Of a stretch of DNA of 64,000 nt, positions 49,120 to 59,545 are shown in pieces. The stretch lies in contig OZ242221.1 of the NCBI GenBank assembly GCA_965206845.1, forward strand, positions 192,001-256,000. Direction: 5' to 3'. This DNA comes from Cenarchaeum sp. Lineage in GTDB: Archaea > Thermoproteota > Nitrososphaeria > Nitrososphaerales > Nitrosopumilaceae. Position numbers and translations under genes: made by a program. The notes under the pieces were generated by a model. It saw only the letters and a list, made by a program, of their open reading frames with translations. It was not told the origin of the DNA and ran no database searches. The number at the start of each line of letters is the position of its first letter. Within the stretch, counting starts at the first letter, position 1.

Positions 49120-49632
49120 TTATTTCAAAACTTTGTAATGTAATTCAACTAGTTTATCGTATGGCGTGGTTTTTATTAATTCAAGGTTTATTTCTTTTTG
49201 TATATTATGAAACAGAGAAATTCCATTCCCCAGAACTTTAGGGATAATTGATAATATTATTTCATCTATGATTCCATGATTAACAAAGGATGAGATGATT
49301 TGTCCTCCTCCAACCAACCAAATGTCTTCTCTCAAATTAGGAAAGACGTCTTTGACAAATTTATCAACAGAAGATACAAACTCTACGTTTCCATATTTTG
49401 CGCCATTATTATTTCTGCTAGTAAATACGTAAGATTTTTTGTCTTTGTAAGGATATTCTCCAAACGTTAACACCTGGTTGTAGGTTGTTTTACCCATGAC
49501 TATCGTGTCTACGGTTTCATAAAATTTATCGTATCCTGATGTGCCACTTTCCGAGAGCCAATCTATATCTCCATTATTTCTCGCGATATATCCGTCCAGA
49601 CTTGAAGCGATGTAGAGTATGATTTTTCCCAT
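49120..49632 (-). CDS. Dihydrofolate reductase-like (RibD C-terminal) protein
   Basis: YIASSLDGYIA, VMGKTTY, WLVGGG, IDEI.L.I.P..LG.G; AT-rich. Confidence 0.88.
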   Translation of the reverse strand: MGKIILYIASSLDGYIARNNGDIDWLSESGTSGYDKFYETVDTIVMGKTTYNQVLTFGEYPYKDKKSYVFTSRNNNGAKYGNVEFVSSVDKFVKDVFPNLREDIWLVGGGQIISSFVNHGIIDEIILSIIPKVLGNGISLFHNIQKEINLELIKTTPYDKLVELHYKVLK

Positions 49633-50122
49633 GATGTTTGATTATCGTGAATATTGTAATAAAAGGTATTTGTTTTGTAACCCTGCCCAAACAGCGTCAA
49701 AAACATTCAAATCGCAATTTAAATATGGCCAACTTCTTCATTCAAACATATCATTTTTCATTAAATACGTTTGCCTAGAATGATATGTTATTTCCCGCTA
49801 ATCATGCCGACTTTTATGCATATTGTGCTGATGAATGTGTGGAGATAGAGACAGTCAGGGCCGTAAAGGCCGATGCCATGGAGTTCTACAAGCTTGAGGC
49901 AAGGTGCTTTGAGATGGACGGGAACGATGCCGACACGCTGTACTACTGGGTGCCGATCCTTTCGTACCAGTGCTTGAAAACTATGAAAACCCACGAAGAT
50001 TGAACAGTGTACAAGTAGCAGCGCCGTCTAGTCCGGCGGCGCCCATGCCCTGGTGGCGCTCCCTGTTGTTGCAAAAATGTGCAAAGCCCACAGATCACGC
50101 CAAGTCTGCCATTGGGACAGGC

Positions 50123-50340
50123 TCCCCATGCGGTCCGGCGGCCACCATGCCGAGCCGCCGCCTCCCGCTTCCATATTCCGGTTTTTCATGCGACTTTCGT
50201 TCCCCATGCGATTCCGCGGCCTCCCCACACATGGACCGCCTCCCCATACGGTATCGCGGTTTCCCCATACAACCACACGCCTGACGCATTTCCCCATACG
50301 TTTTCCGCGGATCCACCATACAATCCGCAAGCTCCAAAGA
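50123..50340. repeat. Phased TCCCCA(T/C) motif array
   Basis: Motif at 50123, 50201, 50222, 50241, 50262, 50291; degenerate at 50312 and 50333. Confidence 0.6.
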
Positions 50341-50766
50341 ATCCGACCCCAAATCCAGCGAGACCAGCGTTTTCGGCCCCGCAAATGTCCGCGCCAAGAC
50401 ACCCCAGCCGATTCCCTGAACCTGCGAGTGGGGTGGCGCCGGCACCTCCTGCATAGCCACGGCCATGCTTGCGTTGGTACGGGCGCGCATGCGCCGTGTC
50501 TGCCACAGCCGTATCCGGTTCGGTTCACGTCCATGGTGCGGCTGCCACTGTACGGCCATATCTCCATGGCACGGTTGTTCCTGTACGGCCATGGTCATAT
50601 ACCAATGGCACGGTTCCATGGTCATACGTCAATGGCATGTCTTCACGTAGATCATCACGCTCCCGGTCACCAACCCGCCGAGACCAGCGACCGGTCCACT
50701 CAAATACGCATCCAACCGGTTCACTCAGATTCCCCGCGACCGGGGGGCCTTGCGTCGGCATCGACG

Positions 50767-51288
50767 TCATGGAGGGGCGCTGCATGTTATGGTCGGGCCT
50801 GAAGCCCGACAGGCAGTCGGGCCTGGGGGCTCGACAGAAGTCTTGCCTGAAGGTACCGTATCCAGGCAATCCGTATTTCTGATAAAGCTCTCCGCGAACA
50901 GGTCGTTTATGTGCGTCTGTCCGTCCTTGGCATCGCTCATGCAGGTCACGTCGGCGTGCACATCGTTGCTGAAGATATACATGTGTAGCACCAGCTGACT
51001 GTTGTTCTCAAAATTCATTGCCCCCACCTCCATGGAGCCGCCGCCATCTTCATGGTACGCGACCTTCTCCACGGCTCCGGGGAACCGCTCGTACATCGTC
51101 GCGTACGCCGGATGCTCCTGGAACTTTGCCAGAATCTCCCCATCCGATCTGCCTGCGTCGCCCAGTCTCTCCCACTCGTTGCCAGCGTTCCCTATTACGA
51201 ATGGAAGAAACGAGATCAGAAACAGGGCGAACACTGAAACGGCTATCCCGATCCCGACGTAGAATGCAATCTTTGTCAGCCTCTCCAT
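50767..51288 (-). CDS. Membrane-anchored hypothetical protein (paralog of 42768-43250)
   Basis: MERL..IA.Y.GIGI; KF.EHPAYA.MYER.P; LFAE.FIR.TDCL. Confidence 0.75.
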   Translation of the reverse strand: MERLTKIAFYVGIGIAVSVFALFLISFLPFVIGNAGNEWERLGDAGRSDGEILAKFQEHPAYATMYERFPGAVEKVAYHEDGGGSMEVGAMNFENNSQLVLHMYIFSNDVHADVTCMSDAKDGQTHINDLFAESFIRNTDCLDTVPSGKTSVEPPGPTACRASGPTITCSAPP

Positions 51289-51523
51289 GGGTAATCAAGC
51301 CGGATGGAACGGCGCTTGTAAACCTTCATGTCCCCGTGGCGCCCGCATTTTTTGCCAAACAAACGCAAAGTCCGCAGGCCATATCTGGACAGCCACATTT
51401 TCCATATCCACATGCAACCGGACGACCCCCCATACGCATGGCGGCGGCCACAGTGACCCGTCATTTCTGCGTCTGATTTGAGCCGCGTTTCGCTTGAAAG
51501 ACGACGGATCTTTATGGCCCCCG

Positions 51524-51616
51524 ATGCGCAAATGGCTACACCGGTATGACGAAGGAGGCCTAGTCGGCTTCCGGGATCTTCCCCGAAGCAGCAGGCCCAT
51601 GCAGACCCGCCGCTGA
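51524..51616 (+). pseudogene. IS630 OrfA fragment
   Basis: Translates MRKWLHRYDEGGLVGFRDLPRSSRP. Confidence 0.7.
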
Positions 51617-51907
51617 GAGATATCGTTAGACTACACACAGGTGTTCCACTAGGCGGCAAAGTCGCCAACTATGGCAGCTTGGAATGCAGAACCATGCCTA
51701 ACTGAAGCAGTTTGAGCATGGCACCTGTTCCAATTTACTGTACAATTATACGGTAATGAGAACTCCTGCCGGCATTGACGCTGGGTTTTTCAACCGCGTG
51801 CCGGATCCAAGACACCAAATGACCGGTTCCAGATGCGATCGCTGCCCCGCTCAGGAGACGGCCGCACAAAACCGTGCCGGGACAAGTTATAGCTGCTGTT
51901 TGCGCTA

Positions 51908-52123
51908 GTGAAATATAGAAAGGCGGTAGAGTGCTTCGACAAGGCGGCGAGGCTGGATTCGGGCTGCACCACAGCGCATGCGGGCATGGTGAGATCGCAG
52001 AAAAGGCTCAAGAAACGCCTGAAACGCGGCAGATGCTTTAACGGGACGGCAGGGCCGGAGCCGGACTGCGCCACTGCGCAGCCATGCGGTAGATGCTGTG
52101 CGCAATCGACTCCCGAGGCCTGA
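51908..52123 (+). pseudogene. Single-TPR-like fragment
   Basis: KY..A.ECFDKA..LD.....A..G pattern. Confidence 0.4.
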
Positions 52124-52398
52124 CTCGCAGTTGGCTAGCTCGGGGCAGCCCGGCTCTTCTCAAAACTCTGGTTCACCCCGGCAGATCATTCGTCGGGCAT
52201 CCGGCTCTTTTGCGTTATCGGGATCTGCTTGTTTTCCATGCCGGACTGCGTGAGGCAAGGGTTCGCATACAGTACGCCGGCGTGAGAAGACACCGTTCTC
52301 GCACCCTTGGGCACGGGCTAGGAGGCAACAGCCACCTCTCCTGCCAACGGGGTGCGGCGGCAGCAGACCCCACATTGGGCACCAATCTGCCCAGTCAG
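52120..52398 (-). ncRNA. ffs: Probable signal recognition particle RNA (archaeal SRP/7S)
   Basis: Terminal helix CUGACU/AGUCAG, 5' Alu-like hairpins, GUUGGC/GCCAAC helix, CCGG..GAAA..AAGCAG helix-8-like motif, T-rich TATA about 30 nt upstream. Confidence 0.62.
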
Positions 52399-52451
52399 AA
52401 AGGACACCCAATTTTGACAACAATAAAAAACAGCAAAAACCAAGGTTCCAT

Positions 52452-52736
52452 ATGATAGAGCGGGAACAGCTGTCTCAGATTCTGCAGTTTGTGTCAAGAC
52501 GGTGGGCAGACATCGCAGTAGACCAGGACAACAAGGCCATGAAGACGCTGCCAAGCGACTTTTGGATGAACTCTGTCGGAGGGCGGGCAGGAAAGGGCAG
52601 GTGGGTCACCATGCTGATGTACACCGAGAGCCAGGAGGACGCGGATGCGTTCCGGGAGGTACTGCTCCGCTGGCAGACGAAGGGCATGCAGAAGAAGGAT
52701 GCGCCGGATCTGATTCAGATTGGAAGGGGCAAATAG
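52452..52736 (+). CDS. Hypothetical protein
   Basis: Intact ORF overlapping the thyX start. Confidence 0.6.
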   Translation: MIEREQLSQILQFVSRRWADIAVDQDNKAMKTLPSDFWMNSVGGRAGKGRWVTMLMYTESQEDADAFREVLLRWQTKGMQKKDAPDLIQIGRGK

Positions 52737-54423
52737 TACGCCTCCGGCATCCGGGGAATTCTCGGATAGTGAGAGGACATTACTGGAAGGGCACTTCTCC
52801 AATCTGGACAAGCCGGTATTTGCGATAACCACGCCGCGACAGGTCGACCGCGGGGCGCTCATGTCAAGGTACAGCAGAACCAGCAAGAGCATGCGCCGCG
52901 TATTTCTAGACGAGTTTGCGCACAACGAGAGCCGCGGCGAGGAGTTCTACCGGCGGGTCCTGACAGAGTATGGCGACGACTCGGTGGCGGAGCTTGGGGA
53001 AGCGCAGATTGCAATCGAGGGTCTCTCAAACATAGCGGTAAAGAAGATCGAAGACAGGAGAATCGGGCTGTCCTTTCTGGAAAAGTCCTCGCGGTACGTT
53101 GACTGGAGCCGCAAGTCGGGCGGACAGTACCTGTTCTACCGCGAACCGACAATAATGGAATCGAGGTTTGCCGACGAATACCTGAACGCATGCAACCTGG
53201 CCTTTGATGTGTACTCGAGAAGCATAAGCCCCATGGTAGGATACCTTGAGGAGATACGGCCCATCTCCGGATACGCCTTCACGGACTCGTCTGACGGCAC
53301 GCAGAAGCTGTACCCGCACCTATGCGGCAGCTCGGACATCGAGTCGGCCAAGAAGATCTACAAGAGATCCGTCAAAGCCACCGCACTGGACATGCTGAGG
53401 GGCCTGCTTCCCGCATCCACCCTGACAAACGTGGGAATTACGGGAAACGGCAGGGCCTTTGAGTACCTGCTGACGATTCTGTACAGCTCCGAGCTGAAAG
53501 AGGAGCAAGACCTGGCAGAGTCGATAAAGCTTGAGCTTGACACCGTCATCAGATCCTTTGTAAGGCGCTCAAACAACAAGCACGGACAGGAACTCCAAGA
53601 ATACCTTCGGGCAGTCAGGGACACAGCAGGCCAGATCTCAAAGGCACACCTCGCCGGGGTGGGTGCAAGGGAAGGATACCGGACAGATCTCTGCTGGCAT
53701 GACCCGGAGGATGTTGCAATGAACAGGGTTATTGCCGCCCTGATGTATGAGCAGTCGCCAGGCGTCACCTACGATGACATCTACAGGCATGCAGGCGCGA
53801 TGACACGCGAGAAGAAGGCGGGCATCATCGAGTCACTTGCCGGCCTCAGGAAGAACAGGCGGCACCGGCCACCGCGCGCCTTTGAGATGACAGGATACAC
53901 CTTTGATCTCATCAACAACTTTGGAATGTTCAGGGACATGCACCGGCACCGGGTTCTGACCCTGGAGCGGCAGCTGCTTACCGCGGATCACGGGTATGCT
54001 GTGCGTCCAGAGGTAGAGGGGGCAGGAATCCGGAAGGAGTTTGAGGAATGCATGGAGGCGACAGCAGAGGTCTTTGGGAAGATCAGGGCAGAGCATCCAC
54101 ACCAGGCACAGTACGTGGTAAACTTTGCGCACAACTACCCGTACTTTGTGCACCTGAACCTGAGGGAGGCAGTACACCTGATCGAACTCAGGACAACCAT
54201 CCAGGGACATCCGGACTACCGGTGGGTCGCCCATCACATGCATAGCAGGATAAAGGATGCCCACCCCGTTCTAAGCAGGATAATCCGGTTTGCAGACACG
54301 CGGGAGATTGATCTTGCGAGGTTTGAGGCTGAAAAAAAGATCGAAAGAGGGCGCGCGGCCGGCAGGGATGCCGCTGGCAGGCATGGCTCCGAGGACGGCG
54401 GCGCAGGCAAAGAAAGAGTATAA
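52720..54423 (+). CDS. thyX: FAD-dependent thymidylate synthase (long, two-domain form)
   Basis: [37 protein letters not shown]. Confidence 0.88.
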   Translation: MEGANSTPPASGEFSDSERTLLEGHFSNLDKPVFAITTPRQVDRGALMSRYSRTSKSMRRVFLDEFAHNESRGEEFYRRVLTEYGDDSVAELGEAQIAIEGLSNIAVKKIEDRRIGLSFLEKSSRYVDWSRKSGGQYLFYREPTIMESRFADEYLNACNLAFDVYSRSISPMVGYLEEIRPISGYAFTDSSDGTQKLYPHLCGSSDIESAKKIYKRSVKATALDMLRGLLPASTLTNVGITGNGRAFEYLLTILYSSELKEEQDLAESIKLELDTVIRSFVRRSNNKHGQELQEYLRAVRDTAGQISKAHLAGVGAREGYRTDLCWHDPEDVAMNRVIAALMYEQSPGVTYDDIYRHAGAMTREKKAGIIESLAGLRKNRRHRPPRAFEMTGYTFDLINNFGMFRDMHRHRVLTLERQLLTADHGYAVRPEVEGAGIRKEFEECMEATAEVFGKIRAEHPHQAQYVVNFAHNYPYFVHLNLREAVHLIELRTTIQGHPDYRWVAHHMHSRIKDAHPVLSRIIRFADTREIDLARFEAEKKIERGRAAGRDAAGRHGSEDGGAGKERV

Positions 54424-54447
54424 TATGATCCCAGGTATCTCCACCAC

Positions 54448-54840
54448 ATGAAAGAGGACGAGCTTGGGGAGCTCCAGAAGAAGCTGACCGCGGAGGAGTA
54501 TGCGGTATGCTTTAAGAAGGGGACGGAGCCACCGTTCTCCGGCAGGTACCACGACTGCAAGGACGCAGGGATATACAGGTGCGTCTGCTGCGGTGAGAGG
54601 CTCTTCGATTCTGATACAAAGTTTGACTCCGGGACGGGCTGGCCCAGCTTCTGGCAGCCCGCGTCAGAGGACAGGGTGTCATGCGAGTCCGATTCCAGCT
54701 TTGGCATGATAAGAACCGAGGCCAACTGCAAGAGGTGCGGCGCCCACCTGGGGCATGTCTTTGATGACGGCCCGCGTCCCACCGGCCTGCGATACTGCAT
54801 CAACTCCGCCTCACTCAAGCTGGAAAGAAAGCAGGAATAG
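54448..54840 (+). CDS. msrB: Peptide-methionine (R)-S-oxide reductase
   Basis: [29 protein letters not shown]. Confidence 0.96.
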   Translation: MKEDELGELQKKLTAEEYAVCFKKGTEPPFSGRYHDCKDAGIYRCVCCGERLFDSDTKFDSGTGWPSFWQPASEDRVSCESDSSFGMIRTEANCKRCGAHLGHVFDDGPRPTGLRYCINSASLKLERKQE

Positions 54841-54891
54841 CGTCAGTGGTAACTTGACTTATTTAGCGCATACAGGATGGACTTTTAGCAC

Positions 54892-55902
54892 ATGCGAATA
54901 ATACTCTGCGGCTTTGGCGTGGTGGGCCAGAGCCTGATCAAACTCTTTGAATCCAGGTACAACAACCTCTACGCGGAATACGGCCTGAAGCCCAGAATCG
55001 TCGGAGTCCTGGACAGCCGGGGCAGCGCAGTGGAGCAGTCCGGGCTTGACCTCAGGAGACTGACAGACATCAAGAGAAGGTACGGCACGGTGGGAAAGTA
55101 CTCTGATCACTCAAACGATCTCTCCGGGCCCGAGATGATCCGGAGCCTTGATGCTGATGTGCTCATCGAGTCGGCAGTGAGCAACTACAACGACGCGGAG
55201 CCGGGAACGTCGCACATCGTCTGCGCCATGGGGGAGGGAATGCATGTGGTGTCGGTGAACAAGGGTCCCCTTGCGCTGTCGTTCCCGTCGCTGATGGAGC
55301 TGGCAGTGTACAACAGCGTGATGCTGCGGTTCAGCGGTACGGTGGGCGGCGGAACCCCCATCCTTGACTATGCAAAGAACAGCCTTCGGGGGGAGAAGAT
55401 CATCTCGTTTACGGGAATCCTCAACGGCACCACGAACTACATCCTGACAAGCATGGCAGGCGGCATGACCTTTGAGGACGCGCTAGCAGACGCCAGGGGG
55501 AGGGGGTACGTGGAGGCCGACGAGTCGCTGGACCTGGACGGCCTTGATGCGGCTGCCAAGCTCGTGATCCTTGCCAACTGGGTAATGGACATGAAGGTCA
55601 CCCTGCCGGACGTGAACCGCACGGGAATCCGGGACGTCACCGCCCAGGACGTCAAGGCGGCCCGGGACAGGAACCGCGCCATAAAGCTGGTTGCGTCGTG
55701 CGACGGGGGGCTGACAGTGGAGCCCAGGGAGGTCTCCGTGGATGACCCACTGTGCGTCAACGGCACCCTGAACGCAATCTCGTTTACCTCAGAGCACTCC
55801 GGAACCCAGACCATAATAGGGCGCGGCGCCGGCGGCATGGAGACTGCCAGCGCCATACTGCGCGACCTTTTGGAGATCAAAAAAGAGATGTCAGTCGATT
55901 GA
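54892..55902 (+). CDS. hom: Homoserine dehydrogenase
   Basis: GFGVVG, NKGP, VGGGTP, GILNGTTNYIL, GRGAGG.ETASA. Confidence 0.94.
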   Translation: MRIILCGFGVVGQSLIKLFESRYNNLYAEYGLKPRIVGVLDSRGSAVEQSGLDLRRLTDIKRRYGTVGKYSDHSNDLSGPEMIRSLDADVLIESAVSNYNDAEPGTSHIVCAMGEGMHVVSVNKGPLALSFPSLMELAVYNSVMLRFSGTVGGGTPILDYAKNSLRGEKIISFTGILNGTTNYILTSMAGGMTFEDALADARGRGYVEADESLDLDGLDAAAKLVILANWVMDMKVTLPDVNRTGIRDVTAQDVKAARDRNRAIKLVASCDGGLTVEPREVSVDDPLCVNGTLNAISFTSEHSGTQTIIGRGAGGMETASAILRDLLEIKKEMSVD

Positions 55903-56375
55903 AGTCCAACCTGATATCAAAGAACGAGACCGCCGACACGCTCCGGGAGATATCCGAGCAGTGGGGCTTCGAGGTGCCGCGATCAAAAAACCTCCGGGTG
56001 CACCACCTGGAGGACGGCGTCCTCCTTATAGAGAGCCCCCAGCTGAAGGCGCTGAAGATAGACGGCTCAATGATCCCGTTTCTGACGGGAACCGACATTC
56101 TTGCCAAGTTCCCCCATGCGGTGGTGGACATGGGAGCGGTAAAGTTCATGTGCAACGGGGCCAACGTGATGAGGCCCGGGATCGTGGAGTACTCGGAGTT
56201 CTCCAAGGGCGATATCGTGTGCATAGTGGAGGAGTCCCAGCGCAAGCCCCTAGCGGTGGGCAGGGCCGTTGCAGACAGCTCCGAGCTGGAAGGGACGAAG
56301 AGGGGCGAGGTGGTGAAGAACCTGCACTACGTATCGGACCGGTTCTGGGAGACCGCAAAGACCATCTTCAAATAA
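55899..56375 (+). CDS. PUA-domain RNA-binding protein (MCT-1/Tma20-like)
   Basis: VVDMGAVKF..NGA.VMRPGI, LHYVSD..W; TTG start overlapping the hom stop. Confidence 0.88.
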   Translation: MKSNLISKNETADTLREISEQWGFEVPRSKNLRVHHLEDGVLLIESPQLKALKIDGSMIPFLTGTDILAKFPHAVVDMGAVKFMCNGANVMRPGIVEYSEFSKGDIVCIVEESQRKPLAVGRAVADSSELEGTKRGEVVKNLHYVSDRFWETAKTIFK

Positions 56376-56586
56376 CACGCGCAAGCTCAGTGCCCGCACC
56401 CAAACGGCACATTAGGCTGCCGGCGCATGCGCCATGGCACCCGCAGGCTCCCAGCCCTCCGGGCCAGAAGCCATTCCGGACAGCCCGTCTGCGATACAGC
56501 CCGGTTTGGCGCCCGCACACGTATCCGCCGGCAGGCTGGCGCCGCTGGAAATGGTTTGGCGCAAAGATGGAATGTGGCTAAGGCAG

Positions 56587-57198
56587 CTAGACAGGCACTG
56601 CCTCTGCTGCAGGTTCCCGGATGCCGTCCGAGTCAATTATCATAACGTCGATCCCGTCACCGGTAAACGAGTCGCGCATTGTGGCGGAGCGAATTGCTCT
56701 TGTTGCCAGATCCACTGCTTCCTGCTCGGTCATATCTTTCTTGAACTGCGGATCCAAGACCCCCAGGGCTATCTCCGCTCCTGTTCCCACCGCCGCATAC
56801 TCGTCGGGGAGAACAGAGCCCAGCGGATCCAGGGTATATATCGTTGGCTCGTCGACCACTCCCCCCACAATCATCTGTGTCAGGAACGGGAAGAACCTCC
56901 TCTCATACATGGTACCAGAGATCATCTTTGCAATCGAGTTTGTAGGTATCTCGCGCTTGAGCTCCATCCTGCGGATTCTGGCCAGCGCGGCTATCTGCAG
57001 CGTCAAAAGCTGCATGTCTGCAACCAGCCCGGCACATGCAACTGCCACGTTTGGCGTAATCTGAAACGTCTTGCGGATATTCTTGCTTACCAGAAAGTTT
57101 CCGTAGGCGATCCTCTTGTCGCTGGCAAGCACCACGCCTCTCTGAAATGTGATGCCAACAGCAGTCGCCCCTGGCATGTACATATGGGACACAACCAT
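56587..57198 (-). CDS. psmB: Proteasome beta subunit
   Basis: GATAVGI, LASDKR, AGLVAD, LDPLGS, GTG, RDSFTG. Confidence 0.92.
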   Translation of the reverse strand: MVVSHMYMPGATAVGITFQRGVVLASDKRIAYGNFLVSKNIRKTFQITPNVAVACAGLVADMQLLTLQIAALARIRRMELKREIPTNSIAKMISGTMYERRFFPFLTQMIVGGVVDEPTIYTLDPLGSVLPDEYAAVGTGAEIALGVLDPQFKKDMTEQEAVDLATRAIRSATMRDSFTGDGIDVMIIDSDGIREPAAEAVPV

Positions 57199-57238
57199 TC
57201 TGCCCTGCACGATAATAAAGGGCTTTCTACAGGACTGC

Positions 57239-58639
57239 TCACGCCTGGCCCGGCGCGACAGGCGTCCCCGTGCGGGGCTTGCCGAACCTGTCCATGACAA
57301 GGCAGATGCACCGGGTGGCCTTTTGCAGCAGGCTCAGCCGGGCAAACTCGTTTGGGGAGTGAATCCTTGAGAATATGTGGGTGCAGCCCACCGACACGCA
57401 GGGGGCCCCTAGCGCGCTGGCAAACTGGTGCATCGGACCGGTTCCAGGGTTTGATATGCTCAGCACCGCATCCCCAAAGGACTCCCGGGCTGCCGACTCG
57501 ACCTGGCCCACAAACTCGTGGGACGGGTCGGTTCTGGACGCGGCCTCTGCGCTCAACACCCTTACCCGTATGTCCCCAAACCCGCCGGACCTGAGATGCT
57601 CCCGCAGCCTTGCGAGCTGCGTCTTGGGATCCATGTCCGGAACCAGCCTAAAGTCCAGCTTTGCCGTGGCGCCGGCCGGGAGCACTGTCTTGGCTCCGGG
57701 GCCCGCATACCCGGAATGGAACCCAGCTATATTGCAGGTGGTGCCGCAAGCCAGGGCGACCTTTGCGTCCAGGCCCTGCCTTCCCGCAAGAAAGCCGTCG
57801 ACGCCAAACTCCTCCTTGAACGAGTCGCCGTCAAACGGCTCCCTCTCCAGCAGCCGGAGATCCGTCTCCGAGAGGGGCCGGGCCTCCTTGTGCCAGTCTG
57901 CGATGAGGATCTTCCCGTCAGGATCCCGCATGCTGTTTAGCGCCTGCACCAGCCGCCACGCGGGGTTCCTTATCAGGACAGCAAGGCTGGAGTGGGCGTC
58001 CCTGATCGACTCTGTCTTTGACAGCTCGACATAAAGCAGGCCCTTCATGCCCAGCGATATGATGGGGCGGTCCCGGGCATCCACGAACCCGAACTCCCAG
58101 ATCACGCCGTCGCAGGCGAGCCTGCTCCTGTACCTGTCCAGGTACCGCATTATGCTGGCGCTTCCGGTCTCCTCCTCCCCCTCAACCACAAACTTGATGT
58201 TGCACGGCACGTCGCCGCAGGCCTGCAGGTACGACTCCACCGCCTTGATCCGGGTGACAAGCTCCCCCTTGTCGTCAGACGCCCCCCTGCCAAAGATCTT
58301 GTCACCGATCACCCTGCCGCTGAAGGGTGGATCCTGCCACAGATCCAGTGGCTCTGGCGACTGGACGTCATAATGGTTGTAGAACAGAAGCGTCCTGTCC
58401 GGGTTGATGCCGGAGCGCACTTCGCCGCAGACCAACGGCGGAGCCCCGTCCAGCCGGAGTACCTCCGTATGGATTCCGGCCTCCTCCATGACCTCGCCCA
58501 CCAGTGCGGCGCACTCGTCTATCCCCTCACCCGTTGCAGACACGCTGGGCTGCCTTATCAGGGTCTGCAGACAGTCAAGCAGGCCAGGCTGCGCAGCGTC
58601 CGCACGCTTGAGCGCGTCATCCCTATTCAATCCTGTCAA
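57239..58639 (-). CDS. M20/M25/M40 metallopeptidase
   Basis: YNHYDVQ, GRGASDDKG, EGEEETGS, HSPNE. Confidence 0.9.
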   Translation of the reverse strand: MTGLNRDDALKRADAAQPGLLDCLQTLIRQPSVSATGEGIDECAALVGEVMEEAGIHTEVLRLDGAPPLVCGEVRSGINPDRTLLFYNHYDVQSPEPLDLWQDPPFSGRVIGDKIFGRGASDDKGELVTRIKAVESYLQACGDVPCNIKFVVEGEEETGSASIMRYLDRYRSRLACDGVIWEFGFVDARDRPIISLGMKGLLYVELSKTESIRDAHSSLAVLIRNPAWRLVQALNSMRDPDGKILIADWHKEARPLSETDLRLLEREPFDGDSFKEEFGVDGFLAGRQGLDAKVALACGTTCNIAGFHSGYAGPGAKTVLPAGATAKLDFRLVPDMDPKTQLARLREHLRSGGFGDIRVRVLSAEAASRTDPSHEFVGQVESAARESFGDAVLSISNPGTGPMHQFASALGAPCVSVGCTHIFSRIHSPNEFARLSLLQKATRCICLVMDRFGKPRTGTPVAPGQA

Positions 58640-59486
58640 ACTGCTTCATCACTCCCGGCAGCTCGCCTATCAGATCTGTTGCAGTAATGTGGAGCCCCAG
58701 CCTATCCTGCGCCCGCTGCCCCGCCGTGCCGTTTATGTAAGCAGCCGCTGCGGCAGACTCGCCTGCATTCCGGTTCCTTGCCAGCAGCCCTGCTACCAGG
58801 CCGGACAGGACGTCGCCCGTACCGCCCACCGTCATGGCAGGCACGCGCTTGGCAAAGGTGTAGGAGCTCTTGCTGTCGCATATCACATCGGTTGGGCCCT
58901 TGAGCAGAATCGTGACGCCGTGCTCCTCTGCGCGTCCGCGCACGAGCCGGACTCGCGCCTCCAGATCGTCAGGTGGGGACTCGCCGAACAGCCGTGCAAA
59001 CTCCCCCGCATGGGGGGTCAGCACCACGTTTCTGTCGGCAAGGAGCGGAAGCACCTCCCTTACCAGGGCGGATGCGTCAAGCGAGAGCCTGACGTCCCGG
59101 TCAAGCAGGGAGCCGACCAGTATCTTCAGCGCCGCCCTGTCGGCTACCGCAAGCCCCATGCCGATTGTCGCCGAGTCCAGGTCCTTTGGGACCACCCCCA
59201 GAAGCTTTCTGACAGCCCCCCTAGTCAGCTTTTGATCCGCCAGGGGCAGGACGATCAGATCGGGAGATATGGCGCGCACCGGCACGACGTTTACGCTTGG
59301 GACTGCGGTGTACACAAGATCAGCCCCCGCCCGCAGTGCCGCCATGGACGAGAGGGTCGGGGCTCCGTGGTATATGTAGCTGCCCCCCACTACCAGCACC
59401 CTGCCGTTTCCTCCCTTGCGCGAGGTGGCGCTGCGTGGCAGGACAAAGCCACCGACCAGTCCGGCTTCAACACTCTGAGATGACAT
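58623..59486 (-). CDS. nnrD: ADP/ATP-dependent NAD(P)H-hydrate dehydratase
   Basis: GRVLVVGGS..Y.GAP, LTPHAGEF, GGTGDVLSG. Confidence 0.92.
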   Translation of the reverse strand: MSSQSVEAGLVGGFVLPRSATSRKGGNGRVLVVGGSYIYHGAPTLSSMAALRAGADLVYTAVPSVNVVPVRAISPDLIVLPLADQKLTRGAVRKLLGVVPKDLDSATIGMGLAVADRAALKILVGSLLDRDVRLSLDASALVREVLPLLADRNVVLTPHAGEFARLFGESPPDDLEARVRLVRGRAEEHGVTILLKGPTDVICDSKSSYTFAKRVPAMTVGGTGDVLSGLVAGLLARNRNAGESAAAAAYINGTAGQRAQDRLGLHITATDLIGELPGVMKQFDRIE

Positions 59487-59545
59487 GCACTGGTTCTAGT
59501 ATGGTGCAGAATAAAACTTGTTTTGTCCGGCGGCTCGATCCCGGC

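Noticed and set aside
49785-50011. 72-aa ORF as a real gene
   Set aside because: Spans a composition break and ends in the MITE-type terminus AGATTGAACAGTGTA; probably an IS remnant, family not assignable
52120-52398. RNase P RNA
   Set aside because: The conserved GAGGAAnnUCC and ACAnAAnnnnGCUUA segments were not found on either strand
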